64,000 nucleotides of DNA from Chara braunii (taxonomy: Eukaryota > Plantae > Charophyceae): the NCBI GenBank assembly GCA_003427395.1, contig BFEA01000002.1:3967010-4031009 (forward strand), given 5' to 3'. Within the stretch, counting starts at the first letter, position 1; the number at the start of each line of letters is the position of its first letter. Below the pieces are notes generated by a model. The model was not told the origin of the DNA and made no database searches. It saw nothing but the letters and a program-made list of their open reading frames with translations. A program made the translations under genes and the position numbers. Shown here piece by piece: positions 47,701 to 60,860 of this stretch.

Positions 47701-50400
47701 GGACATCGTATTCATTTTCACCTCTTCCGTTATTGAGCCCGACATCATTCTCTAGTTCGTTCCAATTTTGTCACTTCACCTTCTGTACGAAGTTTATTAC
47801 CGCAGACTATCCATGTCTTGACAACCGAGCATCACTCAAAGGAGGCTTTGACAATCCTTCAAAGGGAGCAATATCTATAATGCAAACAAAACTTTGCCCT
47901 TCTCTTTCTAATCTTGCTTTCTCCTAGAACTATTTCGATAGTTCGTTCCCAACAACGACCGTATTTGCAACCTCTACATCTCTTTTTCGATACTTAGATC
48001 CTCGTATCATACTAATCAAGCTCTATAAAATGACAAGTCAATACATATAGGATGTTGTGATCCCATCTGCCTCTTTTTAGGGCTTCATATCTCGCGACTT
48101 CTTAGGGAAACACTTATGCTTTAGCCAATGAGTTCAAGGAGTCCAAGAGCCGCATGCCTTTCTCTTCGCTTACCTTTCCAACTCCTCTTCCTAGTTGTAG
48201 CCACAATCGCAATGGTAATGACGTACTCATTGGTGCTTTCCCCGTTTCTTCCTAAGGGCAACCTAATTTCTTACCATTCTCAGGATGACTGTCAATCTCT
48301 CATTCTCATTTGGGACTTCGTGTTCCCCTTCTATACCCGAAAGAGTGGTGTCGATATAGAGTCCGCCTTCGTTTTCTTCTATGCATGCAGCCTCTCTTCT
48401 AATCTTCAAAATCTCTGCCTCATGATATATAACTCTTGACAGATTAGGGTTCTTAGAGCCCACAAGTCTGCGTAAGTCAAAGCTCTCAAGAGTTGACGCA
48501 AGTTATTAAACGCTTTCCTAGCAAGTCCTCATTTCAATCCTTCTCTTATTATATTACCTTCAGTCGTTCGAGTTTCACCTTCTTTGGGAATAGGCGTTTC
48601 TATGCCGTAAGACAAAGTCAACTGTGGGTTCCCAATTTTCCTTGGACTACTATTCGGTAGGGAACTTGCGGTCTAGGAAGTCTTTCAAAAACCGTTATTC
48701 AAGTACTCCACACAAACTCATTCCTCAACGTAAGCACTTCTCCACTACTTCTATCACTTTCTTCTCACATCGGACGCAAATAAGATTTGCCTCTCTTTCT
48801 ATTGGTAAATAAATCCTTACGTCGTGTACGTCTAATACGAGAAAACAAACGTTCATAACATAGTAGACAATTTTTTTCCCAGAAACTTTCCTTTAATTCG
48901 TAAGCCACTGTCTCGTATGGTAATTGAAACTATTATCCTCATAAAAAAAAGTATGATTGGTTTATGGAGTTTGCACCTATTAGTGTGTATTTCTACGTCT
49001 CAAGGAGCTCAAAGATTACAAACATCGTCCAACTTCCTCTTTGACGGTTTATTCCTTGTGATGAAATTTGTCTCCTGGTCGCTAGTTCCTCGTCAGAAAT
49101 CATATTATTTATACTCATTCTCTACCTCCGCCAATGTTTAGCCTTCAGTACCATGTTCACTGTGGTTAATCACTTGCTTCTATCTAGGGAGTTCTTCGGA
49201 ATAGATGGTGGGTTAGGAGCTTCACTATATCTTTTAGCTTGAAGACCTAAGATAAGTTTTTTCCCTTCCTTCATTCATTTTTTTTCTATAGGCATAGACA
49301 ATCGGTTCAACCCAATTTTTATATCCCCATAAATCAATAGTTTTTCTATGATATTACACTTAACCATTATAACATATACTTTCCCGCCCAATTCGGTATT
49401 TGCTAGGACTATATAACTCTCAAACTCGTAAGGGAAAGGACAACGTAAAATTAGGGGAACCCAGTTCTTTACAAAAATGTCGGTCCCCAAGGAGCTGAGT
49501 TACACCTTCTTCAGCATAATCCGAATTTAGAGAAGTGCATTTAATTCTTTTCATTCTCCCCCATCGAAATCCCCAATCTCGGCCACTATTTCCGCTCACC
49601 TGCTTCTATTTCCACTGCGTTTCTAAAGTAGCCTACATGATCCTCGGGAATCTCACTCTTGTCCACCCACTCACTCATGGGCAAATCCTTATGCTCGTCT
49701 TCCTCCTCTTTTTCGTTCAAATACCCAATAAACTATAATAACAATCAAGCTCAAATCGCCCCCAAGAGCGGTTGACTAAAAAACTTGGTTTCAAATAATT
49801 CGGAAAAGCTGGCCACATAGCTAGAAGGATTCATGAGCCCCCTGTTGAAAGCGACCAAAAACTCAACAGGCTGTTTAGTTCTAGGAGGCTCCCTGAAACC
49901 TCTGGGTGAAGCGACACAAATAAACTCAGCTAGCTCAATAGCCGATTCCCCGAATCGAGGCCCTGCCGTCCTCAACCCGTAGTACCCGTGATTCTTATCG
50001 CTCATAAAAGGAGATTCTATATCTCAAGGAAGGACCAATGGATATAGATCAAGCGACCTAACCCTTCGAGAAATTCCTCCAAAACAAAAGTTGGGACCGA
50101 CAGGCGTGCCGCTCGCTCTGAATATGGTATAAACCCACTACCGGCAAGCCGGAGATACGTTGATACCGACTCAAATTTATTCCCATTCCTAATCTCCTTT
50201 TCGTGCATCCTTTCTGTTTCAGCTCGTAATAACCTTTTAATGAAGACTTTATCTAGCCAAGTATAAAAATCCACGCCCGATACGATATGCAACACATGGT
50301 TCCTATAACCTTGTTCAAGTGACCTAAAAATAACGTCCTTGAGCACAGACATATGATAATAAAGGTATCCGTTAGTTACCAGTAAAGATGTTCCTAACAT
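41780..50400 (-). mobile_element. Decayed Ty3/gypsy LTR retrotransposon internal region (extra ORF - gag - protease - RT - integrase)
   Basis: Minus-strand order: protease ITDDGSE (~44730) and WILGGTWL (~44520); RT VPHVP, YTNRWF, VVPM*WTNG, ILGYIC..RFLGVVGY (43111-43830); integrase HHCC (42542-42784), core YHPQTNALVER (~42270) and RWMGPYR (~41870). Integrase after RT is the gypsy order. LTRs not identified. Confidence 0.88.
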
Positions 50401-51999
50401 TTTTCTTTCCGTGCTATCTCGTTCAAACCCTACCTAAGCGACAAACAATAACCAAACTTTAGACCGCAGTAAAATTGATCTCCAGGATCTATCAACCTTT
50501 CCCTTCCCGGACTATCTACTGCTTTTCCTAGTACCGTAAATTTTACCCAGTCATCACCAATAAACCTGGACACTTTGGAAAAGTATTGGAAAAGTATTGG
50601 TGGATACTCCTCGCTGTATCGCCTTATCTAACTTTCTACAGGATCAACGTCTGAGATTCTCCCCCCATCTATCTCTCTAGTTACCACCGTCCTTCGTACC
50701 TCTGCTCTAATTCTAAAAACTACACGCCTCCAGTCCATGCGAGAAGGAATATCTTTGTCTAAACAATAAGTAGCCACGTAAGTTCCTAAGGACGGAATTG
50801 GAAAGACCTATGGAGAGCGGCGATCAACCGTTAATGGTGATCAATGTCTCCGAACTCTGCTCTAGCCAGAAAACTATGTATAGCAGTAACTCTTACTGTC
50901 GTGGTCCTCAACAACTCTCAATCATAGGCATACTTGACTCTATAGTGGGCAATACTAGTATCTGAGTCCTCAGAGAATTCAGCTAGTAGGCGCGAACCGT
51001 ACCTGGAGCTAAGAGCAGTCAAGCCCGGTAGTTACAGGGCCTAGAGGTATTAATAACCAGATATTTCCACTCGTCCTTGTGACTAGCGGCATGGATTTAT
51101 CAACCACTCTCAACTGCTCAGGGTCCGACCAAATTCGATTAAAGCCCTTGTCTCGTCCTCGCGTGGAAAAGGTTTCGGCCCCGGACCGACTGAATTTGAC
51201 TATTCCTCGTCTGGGCCCCCTAATAGCCCCGTGCCATCAAAATCGCACCGCGTGATAAGTCCTCGACCGCGTACCCGTTTGCCTCTTTTGCGCCCCTTTG
51301 TGAGTACGGATTGAAGGCAATGACTGTGATGATGAAAATGATGACAATATCCTCTATATATTCCGCGCGCTCGGGTGCATGGATTTGTGACACATGCTCC
51401 CCGTGAGACGAATCAACCATCAGTGCACGCTGATCCATGGACCACCCCACCCCTTGCGTTGATCCATGGACCACCCCACCCTTTGCGCAACGAGGCCACA
51501 TCACCACGTGGCATGGTCAGACAACGATCCATTCTTGCCACGCGTATGGAGTGTCCTTCGTGAAAGCCAACGCGATGGAATTGTGCAATATGTGACACGT
51601 GCTCCCTGTAGGACGAACTGACCACCGGTGCGCACCAATCCATAGACCACCATGCCGCTAACGTAGAGAGGTCACATGATGTTGTGGCATCGTCAAGCAA
51701 TCAGGCATTCCAACAATCTAGTTTAGGTACCACGTGCCGTGGGCCGATCATGTTTCCACCCCTAGCAGGTTGTATCACTTCCCAGTCGTTCCGTACGATC
51801 AGAATTATTTTGTCCTTTGCGTCTAAACAGGCGTTCATCCATGTTGCAGAGGCCGTGAATGGAAAAAATCTGCATGGCAACAATCATCCATGTTGCAGAG
51901 GCTGTGGATGAAAAAACATCTGCGCACCAAGGTCTACCTAGTTAGCGCGAGGAAAATAAAAAGTGTCGGGCCCTCCTGATCGCACATGCCCTAAGACCC

Positions 52000-54900
52000 A
52001 AGTATTTGTAGATTGGTTGAATTTACGGCCTTGATGAGGTACAAGAGAGGGTTAGTTTTTTCCAGGAGATAAGGACACATTCCAAAGGAGATTCTAATTA
52101 TCATGGCGAGGGACTTCAATGTGGCCACCGACAGGTGGATGGATCCCTGAATAATACCCTTTCCTCGCCCAACATACATAGAGGAGGACGAGAATGTAAT
52201 ACGTAGGCTGTGTGTCATGGAACATTTGTACGACACGTATCGTCGTACTTCCCCTCATAAACGTTTTTTCACTTGCATTTGCAATAGTGACACTCCATAT
52301 CAATCCAGGTCTAGGATTGACTTGATACTTATGCCAGAGGACCTAGATCGAGCTCTGCTATGAGCAACTATCTTTCCACAGAGCTTGTGGCCAGGAGTGG
52401 ATAACAAGATTTGCGCAATGCTACCCTCCTTTAGGAAGAAGCCTGACAAGGGGAAAACCTTTATAAGTTAAATACATGCTTGCTTGCACAAAGTCAATTC
52501 AACGAATACATTCGGGATGTATGGGACTACTGACACTCCATAAAGGACAAACACGGTTCCGTTATATCCTCGTTTGAGAATGCATCAAGTTCCATTAACC
52601 TTCATAGCCAAAAAATGTAATGAATGTTCAAAATTACAAGCAAAGAGCAGAGATCTTAAGGAAATGAGCATTCAATAACAAATTATCAATTACGAATTTC
52701 AAGACCCTCTGGACAATCATTCTTGTTAAATCAACATTCGAGAATTCAGGAACCAACTTTTAGCCTTTGTTGAACAGTGTTGACAAGGGTATTGATCATA
52801 GTAGAATTGACGAAGTTTTTTACTGAAGGTTACATGGATGAATTTTTTTTGCTTTGGCAAAAACACAATCTAGATATTCGACAGTCGAACGGTTTCTTTG
52901 CCCTTTTGAACCTTCGAACCCCTCTCTTTCTTCATCCTATTTTTTTTTCTAAATCATTACACCTTTTCCAAGAACGACGAGTTTGAATGAGAAGATAACT
53001 GGGCTATAGAGTGTTTTTTGTCCCCTTTGCGACAAACTTTATCAAGGAGCAGAGAGAGCTCTTGAAGAGGTCACTGACAATGGAGGAAGTTTAAACAACT
53101 TTATTACATATGAATGAAGATAAAACACTAGGGACATAAATATTTGCCAATGACTTTATAGAGGTCATATGACCAACCTTCTCCTCAGATGTGATAAAAT
53201 TCTTTGGTTCGGTTTCGGAGTCAGTGCTGATGGGGGAAATAGTTGGTTAATGCATACTCAATATTCCTCATTGTTTTTTTATAAAAAAAGTGGAGAAGTC
53301 TAACATTACGGCTTACTCCGCACGAATAGATTGGAATATTGATCATTAAAAAAAGAAAAAGAAAAAAAAAAAAGACTTACTTTGCTCACAATGGTTTGCA
53401 AGATGATGACAAAAACCTTGGCTTATCGAATGATACCTATTATGACGGATATTATACACCCTTTACAAACGGGTTTTATCAAATGGAAGACACATTCAAG
53501 ACAACCTCCGTTTAATCAATAAATGATCAAGCTCTCGCTCCAATGTAGCAAAATGTCATTTTTGTCAAGTTTTGTGTTTATAGACTGCGAAAAGGTTTAT
53601 GACCATGTAGATTGACAATTTATTGATCCGTGTTTGCATAAGATGAATTTCGGTCCCAACATGCATAAGTGAGTCCGGAGTCTTCACTCCAGTGCTACAA
53701 GAAGGGCCCAAATAAATTGCCTTTTTTCACCCGAAATCACACTTCAACAGTCGGTGTGAAAAAAAGACTATTTTGCTCCTTTTCATTTTTCAATCGTTAT
53801 GGAGCACCTAGAGCTAAACTTAAAACAAATCGTAATCTTAAACGATTTTATATTTCATACATACCGGAAGTCTCGGAAGAGTCCATTCCTATTAGTTTAA
53901 TGTTTGCAGATGATGTTACTGTTATGATGGAGGTCTTAGAATCCAATAAGGAGGAGATCCAACCACTCAATGGATTGATTTTCCCAAGTCTCTAATATGG
54001 TGGTTAACTAGGTAAGCAAAACAGATAGTTGGTGGATTCACTCAAACAAGTATCACACTCTCGAGTATCTCACTGTTAGTTGGGTCCCATTGGATGGTCC
54101 TGTCTGTATTCTTGGGATGTCCGTAATGGCCCAAGGAAATCTCATTACTAAAGATAATTGAATTTTTAACTCGACAATTGAAAAAATGCAGCAATGGAAG
54201 AATCCACATACCTCAATCTTTGGGAGGGCCTTGATCATGAACAATGGTTTCCTTGCATCTATATGGTAGACATCTGCAATGTAGTCGCTCTGTAAGGCAC
54301 GTACCAAAACACTTGATAGACAAGTGTTAGATTTATTATGGAGAGGCAACCATAATCAAAAGAAGGTTATACCAAGATTTGTCTAACTCTCCTTGATCCA
54401 ACCAAAGACAATAAGAGGATTGGGGGTGCTTGACCCTATCCACCAGTACCCAACCCTCTCCCTTCAATGGATTAAAGAAATTAAAATTTTGTCTACGGAT
54501 AAGCCTTGACAGGACATGGTTCGTGGATAGATTTGCATGCTTGCCCTCTCTTCTTCACAAGACACATACCCCCTTACCTGGGTGGATTATCGATTTGGAG
54601 TATTCCCGTGGCGCAGGCACAGTCTAGGGAAGACAGTCCAGGAACAACGATTTCGTCAAAACGAACATTTTGTATTTTTTTGAACGAAATTGAAATTGAC
54701 ATTTTCATGGTAATTTTTGGTCGAATTTGCATTTGAAATTCAAGGTTTGGGATAGGGGTGTACACGTTAGGGGTAAGGGGTTGGAGCAATGTTTGCCACC
54801 TTCTATACATTTGTTTTCGTTACAAACAATTTTATGTTACCCACATCCGTCCGCATGTAGAAGTGATCTCATGTTGGACAATCTGTGGGTCACATTACGA

Positions 54901-56140
54901 AAAATGTGGTGTGCTCTGCCAGACTGCGAATACCCAATAGGTCATTTTTCTTGCGATATGAGGAGGTACTTCGCCAACCTCTCTTTGGTAATCGTTGGAT
55001 AATAGACTGAAATGATTATATTTTTGATAGCTCTGCCTAGTCTTGGTCTTTGTGAGTTAAACAAGCGATTGTGAGGATTAAGGACTTCTGAGACCTAGAT
55101 AAAAGGATTGTATAACGACAGTGCAACTGAGATTAACTCTTCGTTATGCTCATCGGCTAGCTTACAAGTTGGAGCATATTATCTTCATCATTCTTTTAGC
55201 CTGGGTAACATCGTTGAGAAAAGGAGTTAGGTTTGATGAAGCAGATTGGGTGGTCATATATAATCCTAATGGGCAACGGTCGGTGGGCTAGGTGATTCAT
55301 TTCCTCCCACAAGGAATCCTAGTGAGTTTGACCAAGATGGATAGGGGTCATTACCTTTTACCTTCTCCCACCGATCCTGTTTTTATTTTCCCCCTTGACT
55401 TTATCGCATAGCGGTTCTACTTGTTTCCTCAATCAAGGGGTGGAGGGTCTACCATCATGAGCTTCCTACTCCGGAGCGTCCCTTGGACTCAGCGGAATGG
55501 GTCTGGAAAACGAGCAAGAAAGGGAAGTCACGTTTCTTGCAAAAACTTTGTGTGAAGGCAACATATAGATTAATGCGGCCAAAATTTAATATTTCAACAG
55601 TGTTGCAGGAAAGGTGTGTCCGTCACCTTGACATTGACATACACTTGCTAAAGCCTATTGATATTTTTAAAAATGTCAAGCAAAGACCAACCAAATTTGC
55701 ATCCTTACAGGGGTAGATAGCTCAACAATACGTGACTACTAACGACGGGCTTATTGATCATTCCAGATAGGAATAATAAGGATTAGTGTGTCCCTGATGC
55801 CCTTTTTGCCTTTCCTCGTTCCCTGCGAGGTATATCAGATATTGAACATATTTTCTTGCAATGTCCAGACTCGATATTGTTATTGAGAACATGAGATTAT
55901 ACTTGGAGGACATTGACATGAGTGGATTGACCTTGTGATTGGAGGGCCATCCTACTGGGTCACTGGATTCCCTTGAGCTTCACGTTGTCTAATTTTCAAT
56001 GTATATATATATATTTTAATTGGTCGCAAAGCAGTCGGTACAAACAATATGTCCAAGTGCGGGATGGGGTCTTTTAGGAAGGTACTGAAATTGCATATCT
56101 GATTGTTCCATTTGTAAACATGGAGATCAGAGCACAATGG
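52000..56140 (+). mobile_element. Decayed L1/Tx1-like LINE ORF2
   Basis: IIMARDFNV (~52098), SRID (~52310), LQTGFI (~53463), FIDCEKVYDHVD (~53577), MFADDV (~53900), SIFGRALIMNN (~54214), DIEHIFLQCP (~55838). Many stops and frameshifts. Confidence 0.88.
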
Positions 56141-56155
56141 TCTGGGGTTAGGACC

Positions 56156-56573
56156 TAGGCTGTTTTTCCGGGCGCCCAGACACACAACTTGTGCTTGGAC
56201 ACACGCCCTGGGGCCCGACAGAGCATGATCCGCGGGCAGGGTTTCAGGCAGCCCGAGTGCCAAAAACAAAAGAAACAAAATCAAGAATTTCGAGAAAAAA
56301 CAAATGTTGTGTAAAATTGCAATATAAACGATTTTTGGCTAAGGATCACATCAGAATCCCTCACTGAACCAGAGAGAAAAAACAAATAACAGAATCAAAC
56401 TAAGGTACTCCCCCCTTTAAACCCCTTTAGCCCCTTTAAAACCAATTTATACGCCCCTTCCCCCCTTTGACAACCAACTCTCAAGAAATGAAAAGAGACT
56501 GGATTTGGGGTCCTCTCGGTACCTCGGGCGTCATGTCCGAGTGCTCGACCGGGCCTTTATGGCAATCTTCCTA
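56156..56573. mobile_element. hAT-like MITE related to the 1621-1935 element (opposite orientation)
   Basis: TAGG...CCTA ends. Collinear similarity to the reverse complement of 1750-1916 (taggct, gccaaaaacaaa, aaaaacaa, aagg.tcac). Confidence 0.45.
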
Positions 56574-57797
56574 GGTTATGACAAAAAAATTATTGAAATT
56601 TCGGCAAAAAAAAGATATACCGCAAACCCTTTAGACTGGTTGGGGGGAGCTGAAGGGGGGTTGTTGGGTGAGGTGAAATGACTAGGGGTGGAAGGGTCGA
56701 TGGGACCTCTCAAGTGAGATTTCTGGCTCATCTTTCACGACTGGTTCTCACTACAAGCAGGCGCCTCCCTTCGATCTGCATAAATTTTTTAAGACTCTTA
56801 GCCTCCTTCTGAGCTTGCTTTTGTAGAGTATCAATGATATGGTTTGGGGGAGAAATGAATTGTGTTGCAATTTGGATTCTTAGGGGAAGATAGCTTGTGT
56901 GAAAAGTTTCATCTGGCGGTCCCAAAGGATTGAAGAGGCCCTCGTGCTCCTGTTCACAACCCGTGTACTTAATCTTGATTATAGTCTATGGAATGTTGGA
57001 TCCGTTTTCCAGTAGGTGTTACTCCCCACCAATAGCTTGGAGTCATAGAAGGATAGCAAGGCGCAAATGCTCTTACATCACCCCTTGATCTTCTTTCTGA
57101 TGTTATTATAAAAAAAAAAATTGATTATGAAGTTTGTTGGGATGATGTACTTGTGGTCTGAACTCCATGCAAAACTTTTCTGTTGGCTTGAAGTTTCAAT
57201 TGCTTTCAAAAGCCAGATCATGACAAAATTGAAAATTGTGTACGAGAGTTTCGGATGCCTTAAAAAACTAAAATTATTTAGAAGAGTTTTGAATGCCATA
57301 AAAAATTATAACATTTTTCGCGGTCGTAGTTACCCCTTTTGTTCTTGATTTTTTTTCATGTTTTTCCAGGAAAGATCAACACTCAATCTTTGTCCCTGAT
57401 GTTTTGCAGAATCTTTTATCATGTTTATATTCTTCAGTGAGAAAAATTACCAACATTAGTACACACATAATTTTGCAAAAGTTGCTGAGCAGCCACAATT
57501 GACCACGGACTGCCCTACAACACTTTTTTTCAAGGTCGGGATCAGTGGTGGTTTGATCATCACTTTTAGAGACATCATGGATGTCTGCCTTCATGGGCAT
57601 TACTGGTTTCCATCAAATAGTACGCGCATGAGTAGGCTATTTGATTTTCCAAAAAAACGTTCATTACCGTCGTTTTGCCATGATTTGCTGAAGTACCAAC
57701 TTTGACAAAACCACATTACAAAAAATATGAAAACACATATTCATCACAGTCCCCTGGTATTAAACCACCAATACTTCCTTAAAGTTGTGCCCGTTAA

Positions 57798-58320
57798 CCA
57801 GACACATGTCCAGAAAGTCTCAGTCAACATGGTCATATGCTTTCTCAAAGTTAATAAACAAGATGCTCGCTTGGACCTTTTGCTAGCGAACATACTTAAT
57901 GGTCTCGTTGACTAGTAAAATGTTATCTTGGATGTTGCGATTTGACATCAATCCTATCTGGTTGGGGTGAATCTGTACGTTCATCAATGGTAGTAGCCTA
58001 TTGGTTAGTGCCTTGATCAACAACTTGTAAGGCACAGGGAGGAGATTTATGAGTCTGTAGTTTTTGATATCCTCCTTGTCCCCTTGCTTGTAGAGGAGTA
58101 TGGTGACCCCGTGCCCAATCATACCCCCAAATGATCCCTCCTTCTGTACCGCCCGGATGTAGTCCATAAGGTCGTTCTGGAGGAGGTCCCAAAACTGTAG
58201 CCAGAATTTCTTCGGGAATAAGTCAATCCCGGGGGTCTTTTCATCTTCCATATCCTACAAGGCCTCTCCGACGTCCTGGGAGGAGAGGGGCTTATCCAAC
58301 TCATCTTTTTGTGCATTTGT
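57798..58320 (-). mobile_element. LINE RT N-terminal segment (inverted 5' part of the element continuing at 58321)
   Basis: KTPGIDLFP..ILLYKQGDKEDIKNYRLINLLPVPYKLLIKAL..QIG..RNIQDNILL..INFEKAYDHVD*DFLDMCL. Confidence 0.92.
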
Positions 58321-58536
58321 CAAGCATGAGTGACTGGGTTATCCTTTTCTATAGATCGACTACTATTAATATCATGCTCAATGGTCACCTATCACCGTCA
58401 ATACACCTACAAAGATCGGTGCGATAAGGGGATCCCATAACACAGCTCCTATTTGTAATAGTAATGGAGAATCTGGCCTCACTGATTAAATCGCACTCTC
58501 GGATTAGCAAAGTGTTCATCCCCGATATCCCCAACC

Positions 58537-58568
<32 letters not shown>

Positions 58569-60860
58569 CAATGGTAAAAAAGCTCCAATCTATTCGTGGG
58601 GAGCAACACGTGCTGGGAACCGGGTCCAACATCCCATATAGAAAATTACATAGGGTTTTGAAAAAAATTGAGAATTTGCAGTACCGGGGCCACTACCCGG
58701 CTTTGGCTAGAGCTAGATTAAGAGATATAAACAAGCTACCGAAAGTAGGCAAAAATTAAAGAACAGACTCAGACCTCCCTCCATCCTCATTACCTCACTT
58801 CGAAAAATCTTACGGCAGCAGAGCTACCATCTCTGCTGCTGCTGTACCCTATTACCATCCTACCAGCTAGCCCCCTCACTAGTAGGACGCTTGATATCCA
58901 ACCTTCTTCTCCTACTCACCTAGGCAAAGTTTCAGGAAACATCTCGAAATCCCCCATCCATCCTCTTTTCCTCACTCTGACAAGACTTACTGCAGCAGAG
59001 TCACCATCTCTGTTGCTTCTATACTCTATTTTCATCCTACCAGCTAGCCCCTTCACTGGTAGGACGCTTGATATCCCGCCATCTACTTCCAACACCAACC
59101 AGCGTCGTTCTGACCGCAGATTTATGACTATAACAGCATCTCGAGACCCCCACAAGCAACTGAAGGACAATTTTGAAGGTTTGGGGTACCGGGGCCATTA
59201 CCCGGCTTTGGCGAAGAAAAATTAGAGCCAGATTAAGAATTACTATGAAAAAAATCAGAAAATAGGCAAGAAATCCCCAGCCACCTCATCCTGGTGGCTT
59301 CACTATTCACAGATGACCTCACAGTGCCTATCGAGCAGACCTCGATAGCCTCTGTGCCTTTTTTTTTTTTTTTTAAGAAGAAAATAGCCTCCTTGCCTTG
59401 ACAAAAGCCATTCACTTATTTTCATTAGCGACTGACATGAAAGTCCCCAGCCACCTCATCGCTGTGACTTCACTATTCGCGGATGACCTCACAGTGCTCA
59501 TACGAGCAGACCTCGATAGCCTCTGTGCCCTGACACAAGTCATTCACTTATTTTCATTAACGGCTGACATGAAAATCAACTGGGGCTCTACAACGGAAGG
59601 ATGGTGGCTCCACCCCCAGAGAGAGCCCCCACCCTTTCATCCGACTGTGGGATGGGCACGAAAGGCAGATGCAAACAGAATCCTTGGGGTGAGACTTACT
59701 GCGCTGGGGCCTCCACATGACCGTGGGGATATGTTAGTCAAAATGGCGATAATTATGATGGTAGATTGACTGACAAAATGAGAGGGGTTACACACTTCGC
59801 TGGTGGGGCGAGCCCTGACATTAAACAATGCAATATTGGCGGCCATTTGGTACAAACTGGCTGTCTGGCCGCTGAAGCCAAAACAATATACCAGGTTGAG
59901 AAAAGCGTTGGCCACATATCTATGGAAGAATAGCGCTGAGGACCAGGGGTGTGTGCATTGACTGAGGTGGGAAACGCTCACCCAACCAAAGTCCAAAGGG
60001 GGGTTGGGGATACTGGACCCAGAGATGAAGAGCGAAGCCTTAATCTTTAAGGTCCTCATTAGACTACTCAGAGGGAACGGCATTCCATGGGCCCTCTTGG
60101 CTTGCCTGTAGATTGCCAAAATGGCCCTGGAATCGCTAACAGCCAACACTCTGCACCCCTTCCGGTGGATGACAAACAAGCAGTAGTCGATTCCCTCCCC
60201 CTTGCAATCGACGCAATCCGACACCCAGGCACAAGCAGCGAGGATGGACCTGCTCTTGGACCCCCTGTGGCCCTATGTGCTCAAGCTCTGGAGGGCACGT
60301 GGTCCATAGCAGAAACAGGCCCCCAACAGATGACACAACATATGGAGACAACCGCTCTTTGGCACCCCCTATGTACTGGGCGAGGACGGCGTTCCCTTCT
60401 CATTATCAACAAACTCACCCTGGCTCAATTGGGCAAAATAAGGCATTTTTACGGGGAGGACCTGTGGGACCCGCACAAAGGAGGCTGGGCCATGGTAGAT
60501 TGGCTACAACTCGAGCTGAAATATGGCAAAAATGTGGAGGACAAAGCTGTCAAACTGAGGGAGGCTCTCCCCTTAACGCGGCGGCTAGCCCTCAAGGAGG
60601 GTCCCACAGTTCGCCATGATGACTGGCTGATTAGGCATGCAGACCTGCCCCTCCCACTCACAGTATTTAGGGTCCAACAAAAAAAAGATGGGTTGTGCTC
60701 ACTGGAAGCCTATGAGCCTTACCTGCCAGGAGCCAGATTTTCTGAACTTGCATAACGAAAACCAATAGGTGGGCTGCTCCATCTATTGGTGGCGAGCGAC
60801 ACCTGCCAGAAACTGGGTCCAGTGTCCCTTGGAAACAGCATTGTAGTATCATGTACATGG
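58321..60860 (+). mobile_element. LINE RT C-terminal segment and downstream ORF2 (non-inverted part), interrupted by nested insertions
   Basis: DWVILFY..LNG..VR*GDP (58333-58440), LFADDL (59473), SLVGRALTLNNAILAAIWY (~59797), PKSKGGLGILDP (~59986). Confidence 0.9.
58539..59272 (-). mobile_element. Nested poly(A)-tailed retroposon (5'-truncated LINE 3' end or SINE)
   Basis: 30-nt poly(T) at 58539-58568. Flanking TSD atccccaaccac (58527-58538) / atccccagccac (59273-59284). Internal duplications. Confidence 0.8.
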
